Part shown: in pieces, positions 38,086-51,276 of the stretch
Layout of the letters: every line of letters begins with the position of its first letter
Position numbering within the stretch: position 1 is the first letter of the stretch
Source: Neoechinorhynchus agilis
Lineage: Eukaryota; Animalia; Acanthocephala
Direction: 5' to 3'
Assembly: GCA_051530055.1 (NCBI GenBank)
Contig: CM121343.1
Coordinates: 5,364,389 to 5,428,388 of the forward strand
DNA: 64,000 nt
Program-made: the position numbers and the translations under genes
Notes under the pieces: generated by a model
Told to the model about the DNA's origin: nothing
Database searches by the model: none
Seen by the model: the letters and a program-made list of their open reading frames with translations, nothing else

Positions 38086-39359
38086 CTAAGAAACTATAGC
38101 TTTTTTATTTCCGGGCATCATAACCGAATCTCCGTAGCGCTTGCCATGATAGGGAGAACCTGCAGTCACTACAATGCCTTTCTCCACATTCAAAACCTCA
38201 CCAGAACTAAGTGTAACGCTAAACTTAGGAGTAGAACCGTACACGTGATCCCACGAAGAGTGCCGATCAATTTCACGGATCAATTCAGCATGATGTCTTG
38301 GATATATAAAAGACGATGCGGGACACGTCGTATACCCTAGACCGGGAAGATGTTTCCATATCGATTTAATTCCTTTTTCAAATAAATTGAGCCAAGTAGC
38401 ACCATTGACGTGGCTCGACACATTCGCTACAAGTGGAGCACGGCGACTTTCAATACCACTGGATTTAATACCCAAATTGTCCTCAGGACAGAGGACGTTC
38501 TTTAGTGTGACTAGGTCAACATTGAGCAGTAGTGTACAATGATGGAGCATTGTGTTTCCTCGTTTCCTAGCAGCTGATCCAGAAATCTTGGACAGTTCTC
38601 CTTTACTGCTACCACCAGTTTCCAAGCACATATCATGATCCCTTGTAAGTACAATCGATATCCCTAAGTGTTCATTTAGACCATCTTTTATTGCGGTCGA
38701 GTAATCCTCTCGTTCGTAGCCAATGAGGTTCGATATTATACTAATGTTAGCGTTGCCCATATCGTGGTATACTGATCCACCGCCTGACATTCTTCTACTG
38801 AGCTTGATTCTACGCTGCTCGGCGTACACAGAACCACGGCGACGACACATTATGGCCGATAAAGAAGGAGGAAACTCTCTGAGGGCTATCGCTTCCCCTG
38901 GAGGAGGTATCCGAGAATCAGGTTATTAAGTGTGATTTTATGCGCTACTCTAAAGGAAAAAGCCGAGTAAAGGATGCTCACAGCACTTAGACATAAGAGA
39001 AATGGGGCTTTATCCTAGACTAAGCGACTCGTATTTTAGAGCTCTGCTTTGAAGATTTCTTTTTCGAGTTCCATATCACGTCAGAAGCTGGAATTTCTTT
39101 TAAAAAAGAAGCGATTTCCTTGACGTGCATACGTAAAATACTACCTGCAAGGTCGTCGGCGTGGCTTTCATGCGTATTTGAGGTTACATTCAAGCCAAGG
39201 GTTTTGGTTTCTACCCATCACGACGCAAGGTTGATTTCTATATAAGTATAAGAATGTCAGCGGCAGCTTCGAGTTTTGGCATTTCTGGAATAGATAACTC
39301 TCAACGGCTAGGTTTTGGTAGATGCAGTTCGATAGCGACGTAACCAATCGCGATGCCAT
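38086..39359 (-). CDS. LIPT1: Lipoyltransferase 1 / LplA-family protein, two coding segments separated by a 350-nt insert
   Basis: NLAVESYLF, LYRNQPCVVMGRNQNPWLECN, RRMSGGGSVYHDMGN, KISGSA, LHHCTLL, HVYGSTPKF. Confidence 0.9.
38827..39176. mobile_element. 350-nt TIR-bounded insert inside the LIPT1 coding sequence, with a 5-bp direct repeat
   Basis: GCGTA at 38822-38826 and 39172-39176. Termini cacagaaccacggcgacgac and gtcgtcggcgtggctttcat are 14/20 complementary. Confidence 0.75.
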
Positions 39360-39562
39360 GATCGCGCTCGAATCAATTTAATAAGTGGATGATTCACGAG
39401 AATAGTATCAGATGCGTTGCTTTCCGGGATTCATCCGGATCGCAACTCGACGAGGAAATAACTTTCTTGTGAAAAATTCCGTCTCTCTGATGTAGTCCTT
39501 AGAACGCGAATCACTATTCAGCGTGGTGTGACGTCATCTGAAGTGACAATAACGGAAGAAAC

Positions 39563-40733
39563 ATGGCCAGCTTTTTAGAAATTAAATCATGCGAGTACGT
39601 GGACTTGGCCTTTGGGCTTGGATCACACGAGGCTCTGTTCTTGATCACGAAAACCCTCTTCATCCCCAAGTTCCTTTATGCTCTACGTACTGCGCGGTTT
39701 TTCAATCACAAGGTTCAGCTTGGCAAGCGAGATGACAGATTGAAGGACTGTCTCGAGCAAGTTTTAAATGTCCAGCTGCCAGAAGAGGCATGGCGACAAG
39801 CATCCTTGCCTGTATCTTCTGACGGGTTAGGCATCCGAAAAAATGCAGACATATCCCTGCCCGCATTTTAGGCTCTTATCAGGGAAGCGCAGTTCAGCGC
39901 ATTTTAAAATCTACTTATCATCTTGGGAATCAGTGAGTGGTGTAAACTGACCAACTCCGATCAAGTACCTGTGAATGACCAAAAACAATCTGTGTGGGAT
40001 CGACCTCTCGTCGCAAGAGTTCAAAGCTCTCTCTTATCAGACTCAAGCGACGACGTCAGTGCCAGGTTGTTGGCAGTCTCCACTAGAGAATCCACGGCTT
40101 CGCTGGCATCCGAGGGTACTCTCCGACGAGGCTGTACGGGTCGGAGTTTCAATGAGACTGGGACTACCGATGTGTCATCCCCACCGTTGCCGCTGCGGTG
40201 CAAATGTGGATTCGTCGGGACTTCATGGTCTCATCTGTAGAAAATCAGCCGGCAGATTCGCAAGACATGCCGAAATTAACATAGCGCTGAGCCGGGCACT
40301 TGTTGCGCGGGAAATAGCCCAATTGGAACCTGCCAACCTCTGTAGGGACGACCTGCTTAGACCTGATGGGGTGACCGTATTTCCGTGGCGGGAGGGTAAA
40401 TGCCTCCTCTGGGACGCCACTTGTGTCGATACACTCGCGGCTAGCAATCTCAAGTTCTCGGTGGTTCAAGCTGGAGGTGCAGCGAGCGCTTCGGAAGGAC
40501 GGAAAACGGCAAAATACCTCGATTTAGCCAATGTGTTTGCACCTTTTGGGGTTGAGACCTACGAATCTCTTGATTGCGAGGCTCCTCAACTTCTGAAGGA
40601 TCTGAAGCGACGCCTTCAGATTACAACTGGCGATGCAAGGCCAGGTCAATACCTGGTTCAAAATATCAGCATCGCCGTGTTGAGGGGCAACACTGCAAGC
40701 ATTCGGGCGACAATTGAGGACGAGGACGGCTAG
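39563..40733 (+). mobile_element. CRE-clade non-LTR retrotransposon, 5'-truncated and frameshifted (RT thumb + CCHC + RLE)
   Basis: HEALFL, LP...GLG, CRCG..HGLIC, RH, RPDG, WDATC, KY, PFGVET, SIAVLRGN. Confidence 0.85.
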
Positions 40734-40989
40734 GCATATATAAGTTTGCGAGTGAGCGCTAAAATAAATACGACCTATATAAAAAATATAAACAATTGAA
40801 TCAGTTGTTTGATTTAAGGACCATAAGAGCGGTATTTATTTTCCGGTAAATGTCTTACTTTTTAAAGATCACTTTTTTCTTTATTGTGCGTAAAGTTTAT
40901 CGAATTTTTAGATTGGCATTAGTGAATCATCGGTTTTAACATCTTTATGCGTAGCTCAGCCGGTTATGTTTTTATCAATAAGTATAAGA

Positions 40990-41670
40990 TGGCTATTTTT
41001 GATGCAAATGACGCGGCGGCTGAATTATGGACACACACAGTCCAACGATTTCGGTCTGGGAAGCTCTGGTCTGCGCTCGATGTCCAAGACCCTACGTTAT
41101 ATAAGTTTGTATACATCCCTCCGGATTCTTAGATACTTTCCGAGGAAGCGAGACTCATCAGTGAGTTTTCCCCATTCAACGAGCTTTTTCGTCTCCTTTG
41201 GGTCATCGGCGATTACGGATTTTGAACCCGTTGACCCAACAAAGGCTGAAATCAGCAGGAGCATTAGTCCACTTGACCACCTCGGCAATGTACAAACTTA
41301 TAAATTAACGGTCATGGGCATTGAGCGCGCGTCCCAGACCGAAATCAGGGGACTGTGTGAATTATTGGATTCGTTACTAAAATAACAATCTACGGAGAAA
41401 CAAATTTCGAAAGATATTCGAATTGTCCTTATTTAACAGTTCTAATGCTCTCGAAGCTTTAAAACGGTCGTCTTTTATATGCAAAAAATTTCAAATGTTA
41501 CCGGAGTTTGATTTATCCATCCACCAGATTTCGCGCATGATTTAAAGTTCTGTTGGATAAAGGATTGCTGCTACTCGAATTCGACTAAAAACTTTTAATC
41601 CTTGTCAGGATAAGATAATCCGTCGATCAAGTTGTTCGTCCAGAAAAACGGATAAATGCATTCGAACACA
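40990..41670 (+). repeat. Degenerate dispersed repeat, paralogous to ~6650-7050
   Basis: Shared gggcattgagcgc..tcccagaccgaaatc block; boundaries approximate. Confidence 0.55.
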
Positions 41671-42311
41671 AATCTCCCCTTCCAATGAAATATTCGCGCT
41701 TTTTTATGGTTACGAATTCTTGTTAATGCAGTTCGCTTGTGGTCGCTGGTAACAAAATGTTTAATCTATTATTACTCACAACACGTATTTTATGTTGGAG
41801 AAAGTCCGTTGCTATCTTTTTAGTTCGTGCTTAATTCCATGAGAATCACTTAATTCCTTGAGATTGAAAGTATATTTACACTTTAAAAAATGATCCCCAA
41901 ATTTAAGAATTAGCGTAAGGTTTCTGGGTTTCACAAATTTTTAAATGTTATCTGAAATGACAAAATAGTGCAAATTCTTTGTAATAACTTTTTGTACATC
42001 GAATTGCAATTGATTTTTGTAAAGACTATTTGATTCTTGGATAAGAGGACTTTAACTTCACAAATTAAGTGCTTTAAAAGTATTAAAATTACGTGTTCCC
42101 CATATCTACTGATATTGATCGATCTAGAATTTAAATGAATATTCTACGCAGACTTCGAACTCTATTTTGTTTTGCCAAATTCACTGAATTAATTGTGCAA
42201 AAAATATAAATTTTAGTAATTTAGTATAATAAACGATAACTTTTGAAATGTAGCCTTTCATATCGAAATATCTAAGTTTTTAATACTATATCATACAGCT
42301 TAATAATCATT

Positions 42312-42671
42312 TCAGCTGTACGGTATGTTCATCATTTCATTGAAATTGATGACATTATCTCGGTTTTTATCGAACCTTTGGATTAAATGAGTTGCAAAGT
42401 CATCCGAGAGACCGGTTCCACCCATATTTGAGAAATTAACTACCTCCCTTGCTGTAATCACTCCGTCGTGATTTCCGTCGTACATGTCGAACACAAATCG
42501 AACTTTATCGGAATACTGAGAGCCCGGTATATAGCTCAAAAGGCCACGCATCTGACTCATGTATTGTTCAATATTTTGATCATATCGTCGGTGATTCTGA
42601 GGATATGTTGCAATCGTATACGAGTAAATCGATGCGACAGCAAAAGTTAGCAGAACAACGCTTGGATGCAT
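42312..42671 (-). CDS. Small intronless secreted two-EF-hand calcium-binding protein
   Basis: Hydrophobic N-terminus MHPSVVLLTFAVASIYS; EF loops DGNHDGVITARE and DKNRDNVINFNE. Confidence 0.8.
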   Translation of the reverse strand: MHPSVVLLTFAVASIYSYTIATYPQNHRRYDQNIEQYMSQMRGLLSYIPGSQYSDKVRFVFDMYDGNHDGVITAREVVNFSNMGGTGLSDDFATHLIQRFDKNRDNVINFNEMMNIPYS

Positions 42672-43042
42672 TTTGTCAAACAACAAAATCGCAACCGTGG
42701 AACGTTTTTATACGTGCTAAATGGTCACAAAATATTTATGTGAACATTTGCAAGTCACGTATCAAAACTGGTATTCGTGATGAAATTATCTAAACAAAAA
42801 AGTGTGGATTTACAGTTTGCATTTTACGCAATTTCAGCATCAAGTTTGAATCTCGATAAAAAAATTAACTTTCAACATTGTAAACGCCTTTCCATAGGAC
42901 CGGACACCATTCCGGTGGATAACCGAAAACCAATGTAAGCTGGGCTATTTAGCACAAAGAAGGAAGTGGTTTAAAAAATAGCAAAATGGATGTAGAAATA
43001 CTGACTGATAGCAAATAAAATATATGCATAAAAGAGGTCCTG

Positions 43043-43273
43043 TCAGTTAAATCGTGTACTCCAAATACAATTACTCAAGTGACCAAAACTTGGGTGCAAT
43101 ATCAATGGATTGAAGATATCGTCATCATAATTGTAAATTCCTTTGAATATACATGCTGCAAAATCTGTTGTGATAATTTCTTCGGATAATCTACTAACAT
43201 TTTTTATATTTCTTATGCGATTTTGGACAGGTTCTAGTGCACATTCTAAATTGTTTTTATCAAGAAAATACAC
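43043..43273 (-). mobile_element. Possible Mutator (MULE) transposase remnant
   Basis: ITTDF...F...FGHLSNCIW resembles the MULE TDFE..A..F...C.FH..Q.IW segment. Confidence 0.35.
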
Positions 43274-43662
43274 TTTTGTTAGACATTTTATGCCTTTTTA
43301 AATGGTTGTTAGATTAACTAAAATTTTTGTTTTCATTGGTCGCAGCAGACAGTTTTTGCGTTCACTTCAACAAATCAATTACATTTGATATACGAGAAAC
43401 ATTGAATGGCGTTAAGGATAATATATTCTGAAAATAGGCGGTATATATTCGTTATTTGGAAATAAAAATCATTCTTTTGAGCGGACCAATTAAGCTGGCC
43501 AACAAAAGGCTAAAGAAAGATCCTAAAACGCAGATAATTAAGTCGAAAAAAAAGTCGAGTATAAATAAATTTAAAGCGCATTACCGAATGAGATTTTTGA
43601 AAGCTTTATTCTTTTGCCAACTTCGTTGATTTTAAATATCCTCTGTTTTTTCACATTCTCAC

Positions 43663-44985
43663 ATGGCGGATATAATGCAGTCCTTCGAATCCGTTGCCCC
43701 AGGAATCCGATTAATCAACCGGCAAAGCTTCACTCTTCTCGGCAGTTGCGTCCTGGATGCGAACATAGATCGCGAGATTGAAGAAGAGCTCCCTAAACTG
43801 GATCTTTTGTGCTCCCGCGTTCAAGAATTGAATGCACACGAAGCTCTCTTCTTGGTGAGAAACTGCCTATACATATCGAAGCTTATGTTCAAGATGAGAG
43901 CAGCCCCGTACTTCCGACACACCAAACGTCTCCTTGACTTAGATGGTTTGATGAAAAAGCATCTTGAGAAGGTAACGAACTGCGCCATCACTGATGAAGC
44001 TTGGCAACAAGCTGTCCTTCCGATCAAATACGGAGGTTTAGGCTTACGAAGTGTGGCTGGTTTGGCCCTTCCGGCATTCGTATCCTCGATGCACAAGACG
44101 GAGGAATTACAGGGGGAAATTCTTTTAAACAGAATGCCGAAGCCATGCAAACTATTGAAACAGGGAGTCACATCATGGCTCTCGCAGACCGGTCTGCAAC
44201 AAACTCCAACCAACGCGCACGAACAATCTGCTTGGGATAACCCCTTAATCCTGACGGCTCACAACAAACTAAAAGGCCAGATGGACGAGATGTCTCAAGC
44301 TAGACTTGTGGCCAGTTCCTCGAATGAGTCAGGCGCATGGTTGAACCTTTTGCCAATTGGTACTTTGGGACCTTTGCTGGACGACGAGACAGTTCGAATA
44401 GCCGCCGCTCTACGTTTAGGACTTCCAACCTGTGCCCCACACCAGTGCCGATGTGGAATAAAAGTTGACGTGCTCGGGAGACATGGACTCTACTGCAAGA
44501 GATCGAGCGGTCGTTTCCCAAGGCACGCAGAGCTCAACGCGATCATTAGCAGAGCTCTGAACTCGATACACGTTCCAACCATCCTGGAGCCCAATCACCT
44601 CTGTCGCTCGGATGGTAAGCGTCCCGACGGTATAACCGTTTTCCCTTGGAAAGAAGGGAAGAGTCTAATTTGGGACGCAACATGCGTGGACTCACTCGCC
44701 ATGTCCAACCGGCAAGATGCTTTAGCGGAGACGGGAGGAGCAGCGAGTGCCGCCGAAAGGAGGAAAGCGGAGAAATACAATGAGCTCAAACAAAATTACA
44801 TTTTCCTTCCTTTCGGCGTGGAAACACGAGGGGCGCTGGGATCTTCGGCACGAAGCTTTTGTGCCGAACTCGGACGACGACTTGCAGCACAAACAGGGGA
44901 GCGACGCGAGAGGACTTTCCTGATACAAAGAATAAGCCTCGCAATCCAACGAGGAAATGCGGTCAGCGTCCGGGGGACGATTTAA
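43663..44985 (+). mobile_element. CRE-clade non-LTR retrotransposon, 5'-truncated, with an uninterrupted 440-codon 3' ORF
   Basis: LLGSCV, HEALFL, LPIKYGGLGLR, SGAWL, CRCG..HGLYC, RH, RPDG, WDATC, KY, PFGVETRG, SLAIQRGN. Confidence 0.9.
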
Positions 44986-45309
44986 TCATTTTAAAATAAC
45001 TATGAACAAAATTCCACTATTGTCTATTTTGACCGCAGATTAATTTATGTAAAACGGAGCAGGAATTGAAAATACATAGAAATATAAATTTTAACAATTT
45101 TGATATGAAAAGATAAATTAATTTGCTTTTATTTTCGAGTATCGTGATTTTTATTTTAAAAGAGCAAGCGAAAAATCGTTAGATTTTAAAAGAAAAAAAT
45201 CGTTAATCCGAGCGGCGTATGTATACGCGGCAAAAATAGCATAAACAAGGTTCGGAATATTTTAGTGCACTTTGTATGTTTTGGTAAAAAAAAATCAAAT
45301 TGACCATAG

Positions 45310-46737
45310 ATGCCTTCGATAAGAAGCAATCGAGGTGAGATTTGCATGCAAACTTATATTATTCGTAATTGTTATCATAGCTGATTTAAAAAGGAAGGAA
45401 TTACATTTAACGAATAGAAAGCGTATTGGAGAATATTTCGAAGGTATTTGGTTTTTCATTATAAAGTACAAAGGATAATGCTTTTAGATGAAGAGGTTTT
45501 ATGTCGTTATAAAGATTTAATCTACGATGTTGAAGTAAGATTTTAATTTATTTGAATTATTCTTGATGTTCAGCTTTTGAAATTCTGTCGAAAAAGCAAC
45601 TCATATAAAGTACATTACGTATCGTTTCCGAAATGGTATTACATCTTTATAATAATATTTTAATATTTCTATTTATTACCAAAAAAATCATTTATTGAGC
45701 TATGATGAATGGATCGATTCGGATAGGCTGATGATTGCTAATAAATCGAATAGAGCAAAACAGATGCGATTGAACGCTATGTATAACGAGACAATCAATA
45801 CGGCCAATTGGAATCAGTTTTATGAAAAGTACACCGAAAAAATCCGAATTGAGGTTCAGAACTATATTGAAAATGAGAGGAACTGCCGTAAATTCAGCAA
45901 AGAAACTATCGAGTTTTATGTACTGATTGATGAATTAAGACTAAATAGGCGTACTTCGGACATTGAAACAACATTGAACGTATTTTGATTTTTGTTTAAA
46001 CTTAAACGTATTTGAATCATAGGAAAATAACGTGGATCAACGAGCCGGTCAAATTGTCTATGATGATGCCAATTACCCTGCTCGAAGATATGTTTACGGT
46101 GACATGGAGTATATCTCCAAAGCAAATTTGAGAATCGTATTACCTTGTGAGGTTGCTTGAGGTTGATAGAGGGAGAGGGCTATAATTGTACCATCAATCC
46201 TTGCTGCCATGAACCGTCCATTAAGAAAATCGTAGAAGATTTAGTTTCATACTTTTGTGGAAAAAACACAATGAGGTCGGTAAAAGTAGTCAATTTTTGG
46301 CCTAAAATAATATGGGCTACATTACAGTTCAGTTAAGAACTTCCTTGTACGCTTATTATCTCAAGAAATCGAACGAATGTTTCCGAACGAGTTATTGTAC
46401 CAAAATGAAATGAACGAATTTAAGGCTTTGAGCACCCAAAACGTCACTGATGTATATGGAGCAATTCATTTACTTCGTTCTCTGGGTACTTCAATTTAAA
46501 AACAACTGATGTTTAAAAATGCTCATTCCAGAAAAACTACCGAAAAGCACAGAAAGTGGCACAGCGAATACCGCTAATCTATCAATAGTACTCGATAGAA
46601 CAATTGGATCAATTCAGAAGTACATAATCAAGCATCACATATTTACAACGGTTTACACTAATGTATGAAAGAGCTTTCCGTTTCTATACAAATGGAAAGC
46701 CAGAGCTGAACTAGACAGTGAGCTAATTTACACTTAA
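45310..46737 (+). CDS. MRG15/Eaf3/MSL3-family chromo-barrel + MRG domain protein (multi-exon; exon model partly uncertain)
   Basis: EEVLCRY..LIY, YKVHYVSF..YDEWI, LLYQNE, VYGAIHLLRSL. Confidence 0.75.
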
Positions 46738-47366
46738 ATTGTATGAAGTTATTCTTTTTCTTAAAAATATTTAAGGTTTTAAAGTCATGCTCAAGTAAAT
46801 ATTTTACGGTGAAATTCTTAAGAAATACTCGCAAACGTTAATGCATTACAATGTGAAAACCTTTAATCTAATAGAGACACTTTAAAATACCGACTATTGG
46901 ATTCAAATAAACCAGCATAAGATTGTGACTCTTCGCTATTGATATCATTACATGCGCCATTCGTTTTTATCTTTTACAAACAATAATCACTTTCCTTTTT
47001 CTAAATATTTTGAATTTCTAATAACTCCCCTCAGGTTTTACGTAAATGAACTGGATTGTTTTCGAAAGTTTAAATGCTGAGAGTCCAGATTGGGATCTAA
47101 GTATTTTACTGAGCAAATCACTAAGTCCCACTCGTCGTTGTTTTGCAATATCAAAAGCTTGAAACATTGTTTTTTTCATGAAAAATTCGCCAATTCTTTG
47201 TTTAGGATAAAAGCTCAAATGCCATGTAATATTCGTACCGGTTTTCTGAACCGTTTTCCATTTTTAAACCAAAAATGTGCAAAGCATGAGGCAAACATTG
47301 ACCGTCGTGCAACTCGGCACAGTAATTTCAAATCACTTAATTGGCACAAGAATTTCCTTCACTAAT

Positions 47367-50300
47367 TTAAGCAGTTTTTACTTGCTCGTGTGACTTATGA
47401 GCGAAAACGAATGAAATATGATCATCTGACCAAGCCATTTTAAGAGCTTGATCAGCCAAATGCTTCTTCGTCCAGCAATGTAGCCAAGTGCTCATATCAG
47501 AGGAATTCACAATTTCCGAGCTTTTCCGTTCTGGGTCAGTATTGAGCGTTGTAACATGTACACCATTCACACATCGTTTACACTTAAACATATCGTGAGT
47601 AGAGCTTACTGTTTGAACATTTAAGACGCCACCATCATCTAGACTGAACAAATCCCTTAATTGATCCTTTGTAAAATGCCTTTCCACATTATCCTCTTCA
47701 TCAACGACGCAACTACTCAATGCTTGTTTATGAGCCTGCCTTTGAATGATTTTTTCTTCTAAAGTACCAGTCGATACAAATCTATAAATATAACATTGCT
47801 TCTTTTGCCCATCTCTCCAAACGCGTGCCATCGCTTGCTCGTCATTTGCAGGATTCCAATCAGGATCAAACATTACGAGTCGATTAGCACCAATTAAATT
47901 AAGGCCACATCCGCCAGCCTTACTGCTCAACATGAATATAAACACGCTACTACCAGGATCGTTGAACTCTTGCACCAGCTTTCCGCGTTTCTTTATGGAT
48001 AAAGAACCGTCCAATCTAACAAACGTATAATTTCGAATCTTACACAATCTTTCAAATAACTCCAAAGTCTGAGTGTAATTGCTTATCAAGACAACTTTGT
48101 CATCAGTATTAGCTCGCACAACAGCGAGTAAACGATCCAAAACTATCATTTTACCCGACAAGACCGGATTAAATCCCATCAAGTTCCGCCTTGTATCAAA
48201 TGTCACCTGTGATTTAAGTAAATCGCAAGCATCTTCACCAATATTATCTAACTTATCAAAAATCAAATTCGGATCTGATTAATAAGTAAATAAAACATAA
48301 ACTACAAAAAACTTCGATACTTACGGTTGCATAGATTTTTGAGAATTGTGATAAAAGGAAGCAGTGCGAATCTGTTTTTATCCTCACCATTCACTCTTTT
48401 TCGACCAGCAGAAAAACTTACTTTCCGCTTTACCGTACCCTTCTTTCCTTCGGTGTCGCATTCGTCCGTTACGGAATTGAGCATTAATTCGTTAACAATA
48501 AGATTATACAAATTTGTTTGAAATTGAGTGAGTCGACAGCAAACCACAAATGTGTCTGTAAAAATATTTAATTCTCACTATAAAGAATAAATTTCTTACA
48601 TTTCGTTGGAAGATATTTAATCAATAGATTTTGTGTCCGTCTGATTAAGCAACGATTCACAATACGAGTAAGCTCATTTAATTTCTCACGTCCTAAGATT
48701 TGCTCGGCGTCACTAGCGTCTAAGTCCCGGGCAGCCAGAATTGGATTCTCAAACTTTTTGCGAAATTCAATAGCGCTTCCTGATCGACAAGAGTAAAAAA
48801 TATAGCAAAAATGCCATACCTAGCAGACCAAAGTTTACGAAATGCACTAAACTGAAATATTCGAGAAGATCGTTTTGAATGGGCGTTCCAGAAAGTAGAA
48901 CACGTCTCTTGCATTGAAGACTACTCAAAGCGCCGTATGTCTGATTTTCCATATTTTTTAGACGGTGGCCCTTTTGGAAAGCTTTGAGTAAATGCAGTCA
49001 AAATTTGGAAGACCATTCCTTTTTATAAACAAGGTCTATAAGATTACATAAGCACAAAGGACTTTTCGCAAGAAGATTTTCGTAATTGGAATAATTAATT
49101 CAGCGGTTCTGATGTTTGGGATTTTCGCATATAAGGTCAGTATACCTACCTCATCACAAATCAGTAAACCGATATTTGAGCATTTTGTAAGAACAGCACA
49201 GTGAGACCGGAATGTTTCATATGATATAATCAAAACTGGTTCGATGATGCGATGTTTTGATTGAGATACAAAGCTTTCTATGAATTGGACAATGAGAACT
49301 AATAAGAAATTTAATTCAAACGCAGATGAATAAACGGAATTGGTGCAAATGTTCAGCGTGCTCTTGATGTTCAATTCTACTTTAGCTAATTGGCAATCGG
49401 ACTTGCAAACGGTTAACTCCCTTTTGCTCGTGATGAAAAAATAGCGAGGAGCGTACATGGAGAGCTGATAACAATGGTGGATTTAAAAATGATTTTTGGA
49501 GATTGTTTAGCGATTTTAGAAGCCTACATCAGTGGCGAAATAGCGAGTGAAGCACTCGGGCATGTAAGATTGAATAGATAAATCTCTTGCGGTCAATTGT
49601 TCAAAGTATTCAAAAGTATTCATCTAAAACGAAACATCCACGCTTAAATCATTTGTTTAAATTTCATTTTGTATGATTGAGAAGCTTTAAATACTTATCT
49701 AGTTTTTCAACGTATGATGAGTTTAAATAGTAACAAGACTAGAGAGCGAGATTTTGACATTAAAACAAGAAAAAGTAAGGTAAATCGGTCCACAAGCATT
49801 ATTTCTAGAGCTATTAATGTTTCAATCTTTAATGCAAGAATGAATATTAAAGAAGCATTTATGAATCCAGTCCACGGAATTTTATGAAGATAACTAAGTT
49901 TTGGTCTCAGTAATTAACTAAGGGAAATTTACTACCGCCAGCACGATTAAAAGCGCTAAACTTTGTCCACAAAAAAATTTCAGATTTCCCATTGTATTCT
50001 TCAAATCAAAAAACATTTGGATTAATCGCAGTTTTTTTATAAAACAAGATTTGAAATCGAAACCAAAGCGATAAAATAAAATTGCTGTAGTTACACTTCA
50101 ACAACGAATCAAGAACTATCTGACCTAACTTTTTTTCTATATCGCTTCTAGATCCTGAGTCCACTGCTAAGAAATTTAAGCGATTACCTAACCACTTCTC
50201 GACTTCATTTGCCCAGTTCTAAGATTAAACAAAAGTTCACAAATATCTTTAAAGTCTGATTACCTTGACAAGGCTGCTAGGAGACACAATCACAGCCTTT

Positions 50301-51276
50301 TGTGCGATCGGACACGCTTCCGGACCTTGTTTCTATTTGCAATCAAATGTGACAAATTACTCATAGGCAAAAGAAAACAATTACCAACAAAGTCCATAAT
50401 AAAGCAATGCATTGTAACGTTTTCCCGAGACCCTTTAATATGAGAGGTCATTTGATAAATAGCAAGAACTCATAATAAGCTCACCATTTCATCTGCCATT
50501 ATACATCCGCAGTTTTGGTCTATTTTAATTCCAGTGACACAGTCATACATAAATTTGACGCCCTACAGAATAGTAAAAGAAACTATTCGGATGGAAGCCC
50601 AATGAAATTGACCTCTCTTTGATGGGGCCTTAGAAAGTTGGAAATGTGCGGATCGACCACGACGTGAACCAAAATTTCATCTTCCTTCATTTTCAAAGCT
50701 TCCTCCGCCGAAAGCTGTGGCGGACTGTAAAGCACCAAAGCGTTCTCTGCAAACGGATCGTGAAGCGGTTGTCTTGTAGACGATCGACGCAATCCAAGGG
50801 ATTTAAATCTTATGTCACCTTTGCAAACCATAAAGGAAATTAATTTACAAATATTTGAAAATTAATAAAAAAAAGCATACTCTTGTAGTCACGAATCGGC
50901 ACTTTAAAAGGCTTACTGAGCACTTTCCTGATAAATGAATTCTATCGACGATCAATAAAAGCAATTAATCCCAGTAATCAGCATACGTGTTCATTTGTAA
51001 GAATGTTCATGACTGGTTGACATCTATTTCCAAGTGGCTTCTTTGGCTCGTCGTTGGTCGGTATTATGGTTTGCACGGTAACTAATGTTAAAGCTTAGTA
51101 ATCGAAAGTAAACATTTTCTTACAGTTCTCTATGTTTACTATGGCATCATCTATTTTTGAATCTTCATGTGAGCGCTTGACAATTTTGCTCGGCGCGTAG
51201 CTCCGTCTCTGAATGTGAAAGGTACAGTGAATCGATCTACATATATATTTGAAGGCAAATAGAATCATAATACCAT
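47367..51276 (-). CDS. RAD54: Rad54 DNA translocase (SNF2 family)
   Basis: ATG-only first exon, then RRSYAPS; [80 protein letters not shown]. All introns are GT-AG. Confidence 0.96.
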
